From IMG/VR virus record IMGVR_UViG_3300032282_004772: a DNA stretch of 64,000 bases. One strand, written 5' to 3'. Positions within the stretch are counted from its first letter, which is position 1; the number at the start of each line of letters is the position of its first letter. The DNA is from a virus. The notes below the pieces were generated by a model. The model was not told where the DNA came from, ran no database searches, and saw only the letters and a list, made by a program, of their open reading frames with translations. Below are positions 46,964 through 56,218 of this stretch, piece after piece. The translations under genes and the position numbers were made by a program.

Positions 46964-48061
46964 ATGGATAAATTATTAAAAGAAATTCATAAGATAAGAG
47001 GTATTATTACTTCTTCTGTGTTAACTGAGTCATCTACTGATGATTATATAAAAACAATTAAAGATATTTTAAATTTTAATAACATGTATACGCCTAATAT
47101 TGAAAAAAATTTAGGTGATATTATTAAAATGTCTGAAAGAAAAATTATAGATTTTGATTTGTTAACAAGAGGACTAAAAAAAGTGTTATTAAAAAAAGGT
47201 AATAAAAAGAAGAATGTTGAATCTTATTTTGATTCTGTAATTAATTCTTTGAGAAAAAGAGAAGAGGGGGATTATAATGTGGAACCGGAAAGTGATGATT
47301 ATAGTTTTGAACCTGAAGAACCTTCTATTGTACCAAAAAAAGTTTTTAGAAAAGAACTTTATGGGTTACAAATTGAATTATTAAAATTAGAAGAATGGTT
47401 AATGAAAACAGGAAAAACTGTTATAATTGTTTTTGAAGGAAGGGATAGTGCCGGAAAAGGAAGTACCATTAAAAAATTCACAGAAAATATGAATCCAAGA
47501 GGTTACAAGGTCATAGCTTTAGGTGTCCCAACTCCTGAAGAAAGACAAAATTGGTGGAAAAGATACCAATCGCAAATAGAACCTGGTAAGATTAACCTTT
47601 TTGATAGAAGTTGGTATAATAGAGGTTTAGTTGAGCCTGTTATGGGATATGGTTCAGAAGAAGAATACAATGATTTCATGGAAAATGTTGAGAATTTCGA
47701 AAACTCTTTAGTAGAAAATGGCGATTTCTTATTTAAACTTTGGTTTTCAATAGACAAAGAAACTCAAGCAAAAAGATTTGAGATGAGACAAAAATCACCA
47801 TTAAAATATTGGAAATATTCTCCAAATGACGCTAAAATGCAAGACCTTTGGGATAGGTTTACCGAATTTAAAGAAAAGTTGTTTGATAAAACGTCAACTT
47901 TAAATCATCCTTGGGTAATAATAGACGCTGTAGATAAAAGAGTATCAGGATTAAATGCAATAAGATATATCTTACAAAGGATACCTTATGAAAATAAGAA
48001 TGAATCTTTTTTAAATAGAGATTATCCTGAAGCAATAACAGTATTAAAACCTGAAAAATAA
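46964..48061 (+). CDS. ppk2: polyphosphate kinase 2 with N-terminal extension
   Basis: FEGRDSAGKGSTI, FDRSWYNR, WKYSPND. Confidence 0.92.
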   Translation: MDKLLKEIHKIRGIITSSVLTESSTDDYIKTIKDILNFNNMYTPNIEKNLGDIIKMSERKIIDFDLLTRGLKKVLLKKGNKKKNVESYFDSVINSLRKREEGDYNVEPESDDYSFEPEEPSIVPKKVFRKELYGLQIELLKLEEWLMKTGKTVIIVFEGRDSAGKGSTIKKFTENMNPRGYKVIALGVPTPEERQNWWKRYQSQIEPGKINLFDRSWYNRGLVEPVMGYGSEEEYNDFMENVENFENSLVENGDFLFKLWFSIDKETQAKRFEMRQKSPLKYWKYSPNDAKMQDLWDRFTEFKEKLFDKTSTLNHPWVIIDAVDKRVSGLNAIRYILQRIPYENKNESFLNRDYPEAITVLKPEK

Positions 48062-48718
48062 TTAAGCAGTTTCTATTTTTGGAGGATTTGGTGTCGCCCC
48101 TTTTTCGTACGAGTCAACAACTTTAGCCACAAGTCTTCCAGTTCCCCATGTTTCTAATTCACTAAAATTACTAGCAATAGTACTTGCGGGTACATCTCCT
48201 TTTCTTAATTGACTTAATATTGTTGAATAGTATTGTAATTTTAATGTCTCACATGTGGCATCAATACCATCTTGTCTTGAATTATAATTTCTAACACCTG
48301 AAACACAATTACCGCTTGAATCTCTTTTTAAACAATTATAAAATGTTGTATTATCTTTTAATTTTGTAGTATTAAATGGATTGTATTTTGCTTTAGCCCC
48401 TTCAGATTGTCTCCAAGCATAAAAAAACTCCATATTACTTTTAGTTTTTGGCGCACCTATGCAACTTAAGATATCTTCATAAAACTCATCGTCTGTAGTT
48501 GAGATACCTTTGATTTCTTTTTTATCTCCATCGTGTTTTTCATCATCCCCCGACATTATCCCCTTAAAAAAATCTTTAACTTTTTCAACAGGCTTACTTT
48601 TCCAAGCTGATTTTAAATAATCAGTAATGTCATCAATAATGCCTTCATTTAAATTTTGTTTGGAAACTTCTTTAAATCTTTTTATTTCTTCCAAAATTTC
48701 TTTTTCTTTATTATTCAT
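48062..48718 (-). CDS. lysozyme-like virion-associated lysin
   Basis: W.Q.EG....YNPFNTT...GVRNY....G..AT...L; ILEEIKRF...LNE leader. Confidence 0.6.
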   Translation of the reverse strand: MNNKEKEILEEIKRFKEVSKQNLNEGIIDDITDYLKSAWKSKPVEKVKDFFKGIMSGDDEKHDGDKKEIKGISTTDDEFYEDILSCIGAPKTKSNMEFFYAWRQSEGAKAKYNPFNTTKLKDNTTFYNCLKRDSSGNCVSGVRNYNSRQDGIDATCETLKLQYYSTILSQLRKGDVPASTIASNFSELETWGTGRLVAKVVDSYEKGATPNPPKIETA

Positions 48719-48743
48719 AGTAGTATTTTTATAAATAAATACT

Positions 48744-48941
48744 CTATTCTTCTTCTTTGTTAGAAATTCGAGAGCAATAAAAATCTAAAATCATGGCATA
48801 AATATACCAATTAATATTACTTAGTGGATTTGAATCGGGATACTTATGATTTAGATATAACCCCATAATAACATTCAATATTAGAAATAATCTGAAAAGT
48901 AAGACTGCTAATACTAACGTGAATTTTAATAAGTTTACCAT
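48744..48941 (-). CDS. small membrane protein
   Basis: Hydrophobic 65-aa ORF. Confidence 0.6.
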   Translation of the reverse strand: MVNLLKFTLVLAVLLFRLFLILNVIMGLYLNHKYPDSNPLSNINWYIYAMILDFYCSRISNKEEE

Positions 48942-49012
48942 ATATTACAAAAGTAAAAAAAATATAACTACTAATCAATTATCAGTAATATTTATTTATA
49001 AAATATAGTTAC

Positions 49013-49636
49013 ATGACACATATTAAAAATTTAATTAGAGATATCTTACGTGAAGAAACTTCTAAAAACATGTTATTAAATAAAAAAGTTGATGTTTCAG
49101 AATCATTAAAATACCATTTGGATAATGGTTTATCACTAACTGAAAATATTTTCAGGATATACTCAAAATCATATTTTAACTTAGTAAATGAAGTAAGAGA
49201 ATTATATCAAAATGGTTTAATATCCTTAAATGATGATGATAAAGCTCTTGTTGAGTCTGATTTGGGTAGAACCGCAGAATTATCAGATGGGACTATAGTT
49301 TATTTAGACGCTCCAATATATGAACAAGACCAAGATGAATTGATGCTTGAGGCAAAACATCATGGTAAAAATGTAAAGTTAAATAGTCCCTTTAGAACAC
49401 CAGGAGGTCCTAAAAAATTTGCAGTATATGTTAAAACTCCAAGAGGTAGTATTAAAAAAGTCACATTTGGTGACCCAAATCTTAGAGTTAGAAACGCAAA
49501 TAAAGCCAGAGCTAAATCATTCCGAGCTCGTCACAAATGTGACCAAAAAACCGATAGGACCACCGCAGGATATTGGAGTTGTAATGTTGCAAGATATGCT
49601 AAAAAGTTAGGACTTAAATCTTCAAGAACTTGGTAA
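49013..49636 (+). CDS. hypothetical protein with basic C-terminal domain (DUF6321-like)
   Basis: RTPGGPKKFAVYVK...FGDPN...SFRARHKC...AGYWSC. Confidence 0.65.
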   Translation: MTHIKNLIRDILREETSKNMLLNKKVDVSESLKYHLDNGLSLTENIFRIYSKSYFNLVNEVRELYQNGLISLNDDDKALVESDLGRTAELSDGTIVYLDAPIYEQDQDELMLEAKHHGKNVKLNSPFRTPGGPKKFAVYVKTPRGSIKKVTFGDPNLRVRNANKARAKSFRARHKCDQKTDRTTAGYWSCNVARYAKKLGLKSSRTW

Positions 49637-50188
49637 ATGAGATTAAAGAAATTTATTAATTTATATTTAGAAAAAATAACAAACCCAAAACTTTTAGAAT
49701 TTGGTATAAATGATGTGTACGTTAAAGGATTATTACACCCTGGTAATAAATTAGGTGCGGTTTTTATTTTTACAGAACCAAACGCTCCTGAATATTACGA
49801 AAATTATAAAAAGATTAAAAAAATTATTGAGTTGGATGTTTGGGATTCAATATCTCTTTTTAGTGAATCTCCCGAAGATTGGGCGATTTATTTAAATAAA
49901 TTACCTTTAAAACCATTAGACGAATCACTCCCTTTTAAAGAAGTAATTAATCATAATGAAAGAATTAGGACTTTTTTAGAATCAACTAATGACGAAGAAT
50001 TTAAATGGCATCAAGACAATGAAGATAGATTAGTTTCGACAATACATGAAACAGATTGGATGATTCAATTAGATGATGAATTACCAATAAAATTAGAAGT
50101 AGGTAAACAAATATTAATACCTGAAGGCGTTTGGCATAGAATTATAAAAGGTACTGGAGATTTACAGGTAAAAGTTGTTTTTATATAA
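49637..50188 (+). CDS. protein with C-terminal cupin-like domain
   Basis: WHQDNEDR...W.IQLD...IPEGVWHRIIKG. Confidence 0.7.
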   Translation: MRLKKFINLYLEKITNPKLLEFGINDVYVKGLLHPGNKLGAVFIFTEPNAPEYYENYKKIKKIIELDVWDSISLFSESPEDWAIYLNKLPLKPLDESLPFKEVINHNERIRTFLESTNDEEFKWHQDNEDRLVSTIHETDWMIQLDDELPIKLEVGKQILIPEGVWHRIIKGTGDLQVKVVFI

Positions 50189-50194
50189 AATCGC

Positions 50195-50359
50195 CTATTC
50201 TTTTTTGTTATTAAAAAATTCCACAATAACGCCAAAAAAAGACATCAATAAGATTATCGATAAAATAATACTCATTGTAATTGGGAATGATACCCAAAAT
50301 GCGATTGCCGACATTATTAATAACATTATTACAATGATGTTTTGAATTTTATTTTTCAT
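50195..50359 (-). CDS. 54-aa membrane protein
   Basis: MKNKIQNIIVIMLL...; two TM helices, coupled to the upstream gene. Confidence 0.55.
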   Translation of the reverse strand: MKNKIQNIIVIMLLIMSAIAFWVSFPITMSIILSIILLMSFFGVIVEFFNNKKE

Positions 50360-50361
50360 GT

Positions 50362-51294
50362 TTACGCTATATTAGTTGTATTAATATCATATGTTGGTTG
50401 GTTCGGAGATTCTTCAACCATCGGAGCAGGGTCAGTTAGTCTAATCATACGAACAGGTTCGTCTAACATAATTTTATCTCTTTCCGATTGTTCCCAAATA
50501 AATTGTTTTCTTTTTTCTTCTTCGCTAACTAACTCCCAATTTGTTTGTAAACAATTATTAAATTCTTTTCGAATCACATTTAATGCAATTTCATCTAAAC
50601 CACTCTCCATGGAATCAATTCTATTATCAATCACATCCCAAAATGAGATTTCTTTTTTCTCATATGATATATCTAAGTTTTTAAACGCAGCGACTTTGTT
50701 ACCCGTTAATTTATTTATAGTATAAATAATAATACCTCTTTTTGAATAATTATAAAATTGTTCCGGGGTATGTTTTGATGCGGTACACCATCTCGTATTT
50801 GCACCATATTTTCTAGAAGATTCAAGAGACAAAGGTTTTAGTATTAACCACTCATTATTCTCAAATAATTTAATAACTTGATTTTCAATTTCTTTACCCA
50901 TTAATTTAATTTCAGATAAAGAAATTTGTGAAATAACATCATCAAAATCTTTATATGTCGTTAAATCATTTTTTTCTATTAATTTTCTTTCGTTGAGTTC
51001 AATAAACTTAACAAATGTATCTAAATTGTTTTCTCCAACAAAATCAACAATACTCCTGTGCAAATGTAATAAATCCAAAGTACTTAATTCTTGTAAAAAC
51101 TCTTCATCAAAATATCTTGTTAGGTCGGCAATAAGATGAAATCTGTGATTTTCATCATAGTTGGACAGTTTGTTTTTTGCTAAATTAATTATTAATTCGG
51201 TATATTTTGATTTTTTTGTCAAAAGATTAAAAATATCAATCAAGCTCATTGATAGTATTTCATTTTGTTTTTTTAATTCAGTTATTCTTGACAT
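50362..51294 (-). CDS. hypothetical protein (YGANTRWCTAS domain)
   Basis: 310-aa ORF. Confidence 0.7.
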   Translation of the reverse strand: MSRITELKKQNEILSMSLIDIFNLLTKKSKYTELIINLAKNKLSNYDENHRFHLIADLTRYFDEEFLQELSTLDLLHLHRSIVDFVGENNLDTFVKFIELNERKLIEKNDLTTYKDFDDVISQISLSEIKLMGKEIENQVIKLFENNEWLILKPLSLESSRKYGANTRWCTASKHTPEQFYNYSKRGIIIYTINKLTGNKVAAFKNLDISYEKKEISFWDVIDNRIDSMESGLDEIALNVIRKEFNNCLQTNWELVSEEEKRKQFIWEQSERDKIMLDEPVRMIRLTDPAPMVEESPNQPTYDINTTNIA

Positions 51295-51299
51295 AAAAT

Positions 51300-52331
51300 T
51301 TATTTATTAAATCTGTTTAATGCGTTTTGTGTTATGAATATAAAATTTGATTCTTTAAATTGTTGTAGATTATATGAGTTTGTATATGACATTGCCGATT
51401 TTAAATAATCAACAAAATTATCCGACCATTGATTTAAAGTATACTCAATTTTATTTAGTTTGGAAATACCCTCGGACGTTTTTAATTTACCTTTTTTCCA
51501 TTTTTTTTGAACTTCTTTTGTACTCATTCCTCTGAATGATTTGTACATATGTTTTCTAATTTTTGGATAGTTATCCCAAATATAGTTAGATGTATTTTCA
51601 GATAATGTTATTTTTTTAAACAACTTTGTTTCTCCACAAGATTCTAAAGTTTTATTTAAGATACCCCCCAACATTACGTAATCCGCCCCCAACATTATTG
51701 CCTTAATAACATCATCATAGTTTTTAAATCCCCCATCCGCAACAATGTTTGTTTTATATCCGTTAGATTGTTTTATCAAGTAACATTCGTGAATTAGAGA
51801 TGCCATAGGATAATGAACTCCAATATTTGCAGAAGTCAAACATCCACTACCCCCTCCAATACCTACTCGAATATAATCAACTCCAATATTAGCAAACAAT
51901 TGATATGTTTTAGGATTTGCAATATTCCCAATCATTAGTACATGTTTTTCAGAATGCCTATTCTTATAAAAAGAATCTACAAGGTCATACAATCTCTTCA
52001 TATGGCCATTTGCAATGTCAATCAAAATTTTGATATTTAAATCTTCATTATGAATCGTCTTGTATATTTCGAGATACTCCTCAAATTCGTCTAATGACAT
52101 TGATGAAAAAACATCATCATCATTAGTTATTACACCTCTAGGTGTGCAAACAACATATCCCGCATCTTTGAATTTTTTATAGTTGTTTTCACTAACCACG
52201 GTGTCCATTGGAGATACCATCAAGGGTAAGTTTCCTTCTTCATTGAAAGGGTTTACCATATGTCTATGGGAAATATCACTCAATGGTTCGGGCACAATAG
52301 TAATGTCTTTAAAATCGAATTTTTTTTCCAT
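51300..52331 (-). CDS. guaC: GMP reductase / IMPDH-family protein
   Basis: SPMDTV, DIANGH, GIGGGSGCLT, ADGG, FRGMST, SEG. Confidence 0.8.
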   Translation of the reverse strand: MEKKFDFKDITIVPEPLSDISHRHMVNPFNEEGNLPLMVSPMDTVVSENNYKKFKDAGYVVCTPRGVITNDDDVFSSMSLDEFEEYLEIYKTIHNEDLNIKILIDIANGHMKRLYDLVDSFYKNRHSEKHVLMIGNIANPKTYQLFANIGVDYIRVGIGGGSGCLTSANIGVHYPMASLIHECYLIKQSNGYKTNIVADGGFKNYDDVIKAIMLGADYVMLGGILNKTLESCGETKLFKKITLSENTSNYIWDNYPKIRKHMYKSFRGMSTKEVQKKWKKGKLKTSEGISKLNKIEYTLNQWSDNFVDYLKSAMSYTNSYNLQQFKESNFIFITQNALNRFNK

Positions 52332-52334
52332 GAT

Positions 52335-52859
52335 TTAAATTAGCGTATATGAATATTCTTTAGTGTTATAATCACCGTACTCTTTATATGTGTTTAGAGA
52401 AAAATCTTCGTAAGTTATGTCTGAAATTACTTGAACTTTTCCTCCAATATCTGTAACAATTACTGATAACTTTTCTTCTTCAAACTCTCCTTCAAGTTCA
52501 ATAGCATAATCATAAAAAAACCCTTTTGATTTTCCATCTACAATTAATGTGTTTTTTGAATTACACATTAATTCAATACATTCTTCAGGAATATTCCAAT
52601 TATTTGGACTTCTCCATATTTTTTTACCATTTTCGTCCTTCACTGTTATTGTGAAACTGTTGGTGGTTGTATGTGGTCCAACATAAAAATGACCACAATC
52701 GTATAAGGAATCTTCCTCTACTAAATCCAAGATATCATCAACATCTAAGGTATTGATGTCTTTGTTCATATTAGTTAATTTTTCTCGTTGGTTATCAGTA
52801 ATGTCAAAAACAAAACATTCTGAGCCATTTCCGCTAACTTCGATAAAGTACTTACGCAT
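52335..52859 (-). CDS. acidic hypothetical protein
   Basis: 174-aa ORF. Confidence 0.7.
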   Translation of the reverse strand: MRKYFIEVSGNGSECFVFDITDNQREKLTNMNKDINTLDVDDILDLVEEDSLYDCGHFYVGPHTTTNSFTITVKDENGKKIWRSPNNWNIPEECIELMCNSKNTLIVDGKSKGFFYDYAIELEGEFEEEKLSVIVTDIGGKVQVISDITYEDFSLNTYKEYGDYNTKEYSYTLI

Positions 52860-53135
52860 TTTTATTTAATTTAAATAGTTTTTCCAAAGAGTTTCTAATT
52901 TTGTTTTGGGGTTAAAATGTCGGTCTATTGTGAGATGTTCTATTTAGGAAGAAAAAATAAAACTATCTTTCAATAATTGAAATATCTTCTCTAAGTTTTT
53001 CTTTAAACTCTTTTCTAATATCATTGGCATAGAGTGTAAGGTCACACTTTCTTTTGAGTTTTTGGAATAATTTTTCATCTAATAGTACTTTATAAAGTGA
53101 ATTAATAATTTAATTATAGTAAACTATTTATAATA

Positions 53136-53226
53136 AAACAAGCCACCCCAATATGGGGACGTTTAGGACCGTTCCAGTTATGGGACACAGAATAGGGGAA
53201 TTCGCTACTCCCCTTTTCTTTTTTTT
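53136..53226 (+). ncRNA. candidate ~85-nt three-hairpin small RNA
   Basis: TATTTATA at 53125; CCCCA/TGGGG, GTTCCA/TGGGAC and AGGGGA/TCCCCT hairpins plus U tract; no credible ORF. Confidence 0.6.
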
Positions 53227-53371
53227 AGAAGAATATTCCCCATACTTTTAAAAATATCCATTTTGCAATGTAGAAACAACACATCATTGTTACAATGGAA
53301 AGTCCTACTATTAGACCTATGACGCTTAACCCAAGCGTAGTCAAACCGATTTTCATTAATGTTGAATTCAT
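53225..53371 (-). CDS. 48-aa membrane peptide
   Basis: MNSTLMKIGLTTLGLSVIGLIVGLSIVTMMCCFYIAKWIFLKVWGIFF*. Confidence 0.5.
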   Translation of the reverse strand: MNSTLMKIGLTTLGLSVIGLIVGLSIVTMMCCFYIAKWIFLKVWGIFF

Positions 53372-53391
53372 ACCGCTAAGATATGAAAAAA

Positions 53392-53808
53392 TTATGTTTC
53401 GACCAAATTATTTTCGTCAATAAGTTTACTAACTCTATTTTTTCCTTTCTCTCCAATAGGTATTGGATTTCCTTCTTCATCAATATGAACAAATCTAATA
53501 TGTGTTTTTAAAATCAAAGTTTGATTCCCTGTATATACATTATGGGCTCTTGCCTCCATATAAATTGTGATAGAAGTTGTTCCAATTTTACTTGGAGTTC
53601 CGTATATTTTTAAAATTTGCCCTTCTTTTGCGGGTTTTTCAAAATGACATTTATCTATTGAGACGGTAACCATTCTTGGGGAATCACAAAGTTGCATAGC
53701 ATATCCCGCGGCCGCAGAATCTATAAACTTTAATAAAGTTCCTCCAAATAAATTACCATGAAATCCCAAATCGGATTTTTTAATCGGATGAGTAGAAATT
53801 AGTTCCAT
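53392..53808 (-). CDS. acyl-CoA thioesterase (hotdog fold)
   Basis: DLGFHGNLFGG.LL..ID, VTVSID, IGTTSI, FVHIDEEG.P. Confidence 0.9.
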   Translation of the reverse strand: MELISTHPIKKSDLGFHGNLFGGTLLKFIDSAAAGYAMQLCDSPRMVTVSIDKCHFEKPAKEGQILKIYGTPSKIGTTSITIYMEARAHNVYTGNQTLILKTHIRFVHIDEEGNPIPIGEKGKNRVSKLIDENNLVET

Positions 53809-53846
53809 ATAAAAAAGATAACAAAAAAAACCTAATAGTGAAAGTA

Positions 53847-55142
53847 TCACTTATTAATTAAATCAACAAATCGATTAAATCCATCATTTGTTTTATGTAG
53901 TTGATATAATTTTGCACTAGGGTTTACATTATAAAAAATAGAAAGTCTTGGTCTTTTTGCATACCCAATTGTGTTCCAATAAAATACAATATCCTCTTTC
54001 CTTACAAATATGTTGTCTTTAAATATCATTCCTGACATGTCTTTTATAAGATGATTTATAATATTTTTACCATCACCTTTATTCATAGTATGATATAAAT
54101 TCATAACCATGGCTTCCAAAAAGAGTTTTAAAGTTTCTGAAGGATTTACAACATTGGGTATTTTTGATATTGCGTCTAATAATAAGTTATAATTTTTATC
54201 AGTACTATCTATTTTAAAAAACTCGGATATAAAGTCAGGTGTTTTATATAGTTTGTGTTTAACTTCAACGTATGAATTGACACTTCCAATATAATTTACT
54301 TTTTTTGTTGCTCTATCTTCATAAACTAAAGCTTCTTTTAATTTTAAGTCCGCCTTTATATTATCTTCAGAATAATTAAAATATATGTCAAAATTTAAAT
54401 TTAACATTACGTTTTTTATGAAATCATTGGCGGAAGAATAAAACTTTGCCTTTGACATTGTTTGTATCAGATACAATACTTTTGATATATCAGATTTTTG
54501 TGAATTAAATTCATCTTTAGATATTGTCATCTTGTTATAGATAAAATCACTAGCCAATGACACTGATATTTCAGGTATTGTTTGGTGAACTAAAAATGGA
54601 CTAAGAGGACCTTCGGCAAAAGATTTTTGATATTCATCATAAACCTTTTTAGTTTCTCTATAAAAAGAATCTAAGTCAATAGGAGCAACCCCTGTCAAAA
54701 TACTTATTAACTTTTTTTTGTATTTTTCTTCAAATCTCTTGTCTTCAAAAATAGAAATAATTTGTTCTATTTGTTCTTTTGCGACATTAATATCTTTTTT
54801 AACTAAATTATCTATTATTTGGGATAGTTTTTTTAATGAAAATGACCCCTTTTTGTAGATGGAAATTAGTTCCGCAATCTTTATAAAATATTTTTCAAAG
54901 ACATCTTTATCTTCTAACTTTTCAATGTCAGATAATAAACCTGAAATATCTTTTCCTAATTTTCTAGATTTGCTGGTTTCAGAGTGCTGATAACCAATAG
55001 TTTTTACTTTATTTTTAAAATCTTTTAAAGAATCCACACTAGAAAGATTAACATCTTGGTCTAATCTAATTTCAGAATCATCTTCAAATAGTAATTTTGA
55101 GAGTATGTTTTTATATTGTTCTAGTGTTAAAACTAATTTCAT
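53847..55142 (-). CDS. hypothetical protein with leader (possible PD-(D/E)xK fold)
   Basis: LVLTLEQY...LLFE leader; KADL...VEVK. Confidence 0.65.
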   Translation of the reverse strand: MKLVLTLEQYKNILSKLLFEDDSEIRLDQDVNLSSVDSLKDFKNKVKTIGYQHSETSKSRKLGKDISGLLSDIEKLEDKDVFEKYFIKIAELISIYKKGSFSLKKLSQIIDNLVKKDINVAKEQIEQIISIFEDKRFEEKYKKKLISILTGVAPIDLDSFYRETKKVYDEYQKSFAEGPLSPFLVHQTIPEISVSLASDFIYNKMTISKDEFNSQKSDISKVLYLIQTMSKAKFYSSANDFIKNVMLNLNFDIYFNYSEDNIKADLKLKEALVYEDRATKKVNYIGSVNSYVEVKHKLYKTPDFISEFFKIDSTDKNYNLLLDAISKIPNVVNPSETLKLFLEAMVMNLYHTMNKGDGKNIINHLIKDMSGMIFKDNIFVRKEDIVFYWNTIGYAKRPRLSIFYNVNPSAKLYQLHKTNDGFNRFVDLINK

Positions 55143-55194
55143 TATTTAATTATAACCCATATCTAATTAAAGGTTTTATATAAATATACTGAAA

Positions 55195-55485
55195 ATAAAA
55201 AAGGGAAGCCGTCGCTTCCCTTTAAACACCCCGTCAGGGCTTTTGTACCATACTTTAAGGATTGGCTAGGTGTACCGTAGAGTGGGACTTCCTCTCGTTT
55301 TTTTTTAGATAAAACGTCCAAAATCTAGGTCTGTTTACAGTTATCAAAGGTGACTGTGGGATACCAATACCCATAAAACCTTCCAAATTTATTATTTGTT
55401 TGATTCGTTATTTAAAGAGGGGGAACAATTTCAGACGAATAATTGGTAACGCCTACTAAACAACCCTCTGTCCTTCTTTCTTTCT
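55195..55485 (-). ncRNA. candidate ~280-nt structured ncRNA
   Basis: TAAATTTG promoter at ~55492, terminator AAAGGGAAGC/GCTTCCCTTT at 55200-55223, several stems, only a weak 39-codon ORF. Confidence 0.5.
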
Positions 55486-55544
55486 ACTCTACAAATTTAA
55501 GAAACTTTTTTTGTTTCGTCAAATCTTTTTTAAACTTTTTTTTG

Positions 55545-55618
55545 TGGTTGGGACCGGAATCGAACCAATGACTCACCGTTCTTCAAACGGACGCTCTACC
55601 TTCTGAGCTACCTCAACC
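55545..55618 (-). tRNA. tRNA-Phe(GAA) with bulged acceptor stem
   Basis: CCGT TT GAA GA ACGG anticodon arm; GGTTG(A)GG/CCCAACC; own TAnnTTTG promoter. Confidence 0.8.
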
Positions 55619-55676
55619 ATTATTCTATACAAATATAAGATTTATTTTTATTACAGTCAAAAAAAAAGGAAGATTT

Positions 55677-55829
55677 TCATCTTCCTTGTCCTTTATATTT
55701 TTTTCTATAGTTTTTACTACGTTTTGAAGTCGAGTTTTTCTTTTTTGATATTACACCCGGTCTTTTTCTTTTTCGTCCAAACGATACTTTTTTGTTTTGG
55801 CTTATTGAGCCACCTTTTGTTTTTGCCAT
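55677..55829 (-). CDS. 50-aa highly basic protein
   Basis: MAKTKGGSISQNKKVSFGRKRKRPGVISKKKNSTSKRSKNYRKKYKGQGR*. Confidence 0.75.
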   Translation of the reverse strand: MAKTKGGSISQNKKVSFGRKRKRPGVISKKKNSTSKRSKNYRKKYKGQGR

Positions 55830-55877
55830 TATTTTAGGTTATTTAAAATTTTATTAAATTGGTGTTAGTGTTGGTGT

Positions 55878-56213
55878 TTAAGTAGGAGTTGCAGTAGGAG
55901 TTGCAGTAGGGGTTTCAGTAGGGGTTTCAGTAGGGGTTGGAGTTGCTGAAGATGGGGTTGCGGTTGGGGTTACAGGTGCGATTGTTGTTGTAGTGGTAGT
56001 TCCAGTTGGGGGGAAAAATACCGTAATTTCAGAAATATTGGGATTCGGTGTATCAATAACCAAAGAGCCTTCAGAATGCCAAATTCTTTTAGTTTGTTGA
56101 GGTAAAAGAGGTACTTCATCAAAGTACATACCATCAGATAATCTTCTGTAATTGAAATATATTACAGTATTTCCATTATTAGTAAGTGTTGTTTTAAATC
56201 CTTGTGTTGCCAT
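55878..56213 (-). CDS. small beta protein with Pro/Thr tail
   Basis: TPTATP repeats; the repeat pattern continues past the stop codon. Confidence 0.7.
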   Translation of the reverse strand: MATQGFKTTLTNNGNTVIYFNYRRLSDGMYFDEVPLLPQQTKRIWHSEGSLVIDTPNPNISEITVFFPPTGTTTTTTIAPVTPTATPSSATPTPTETPTETPTATPTATPT

Positions 56214-56218
56214 TTTTA

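Noticed and set aside
55235-55297. RNase P RNA (GAGGAAGTCC-like and ACAAAAGCCC-like motifs)
   Set aside because: No complementary P4 3' strand, and the spacing is too short for an RNase P core
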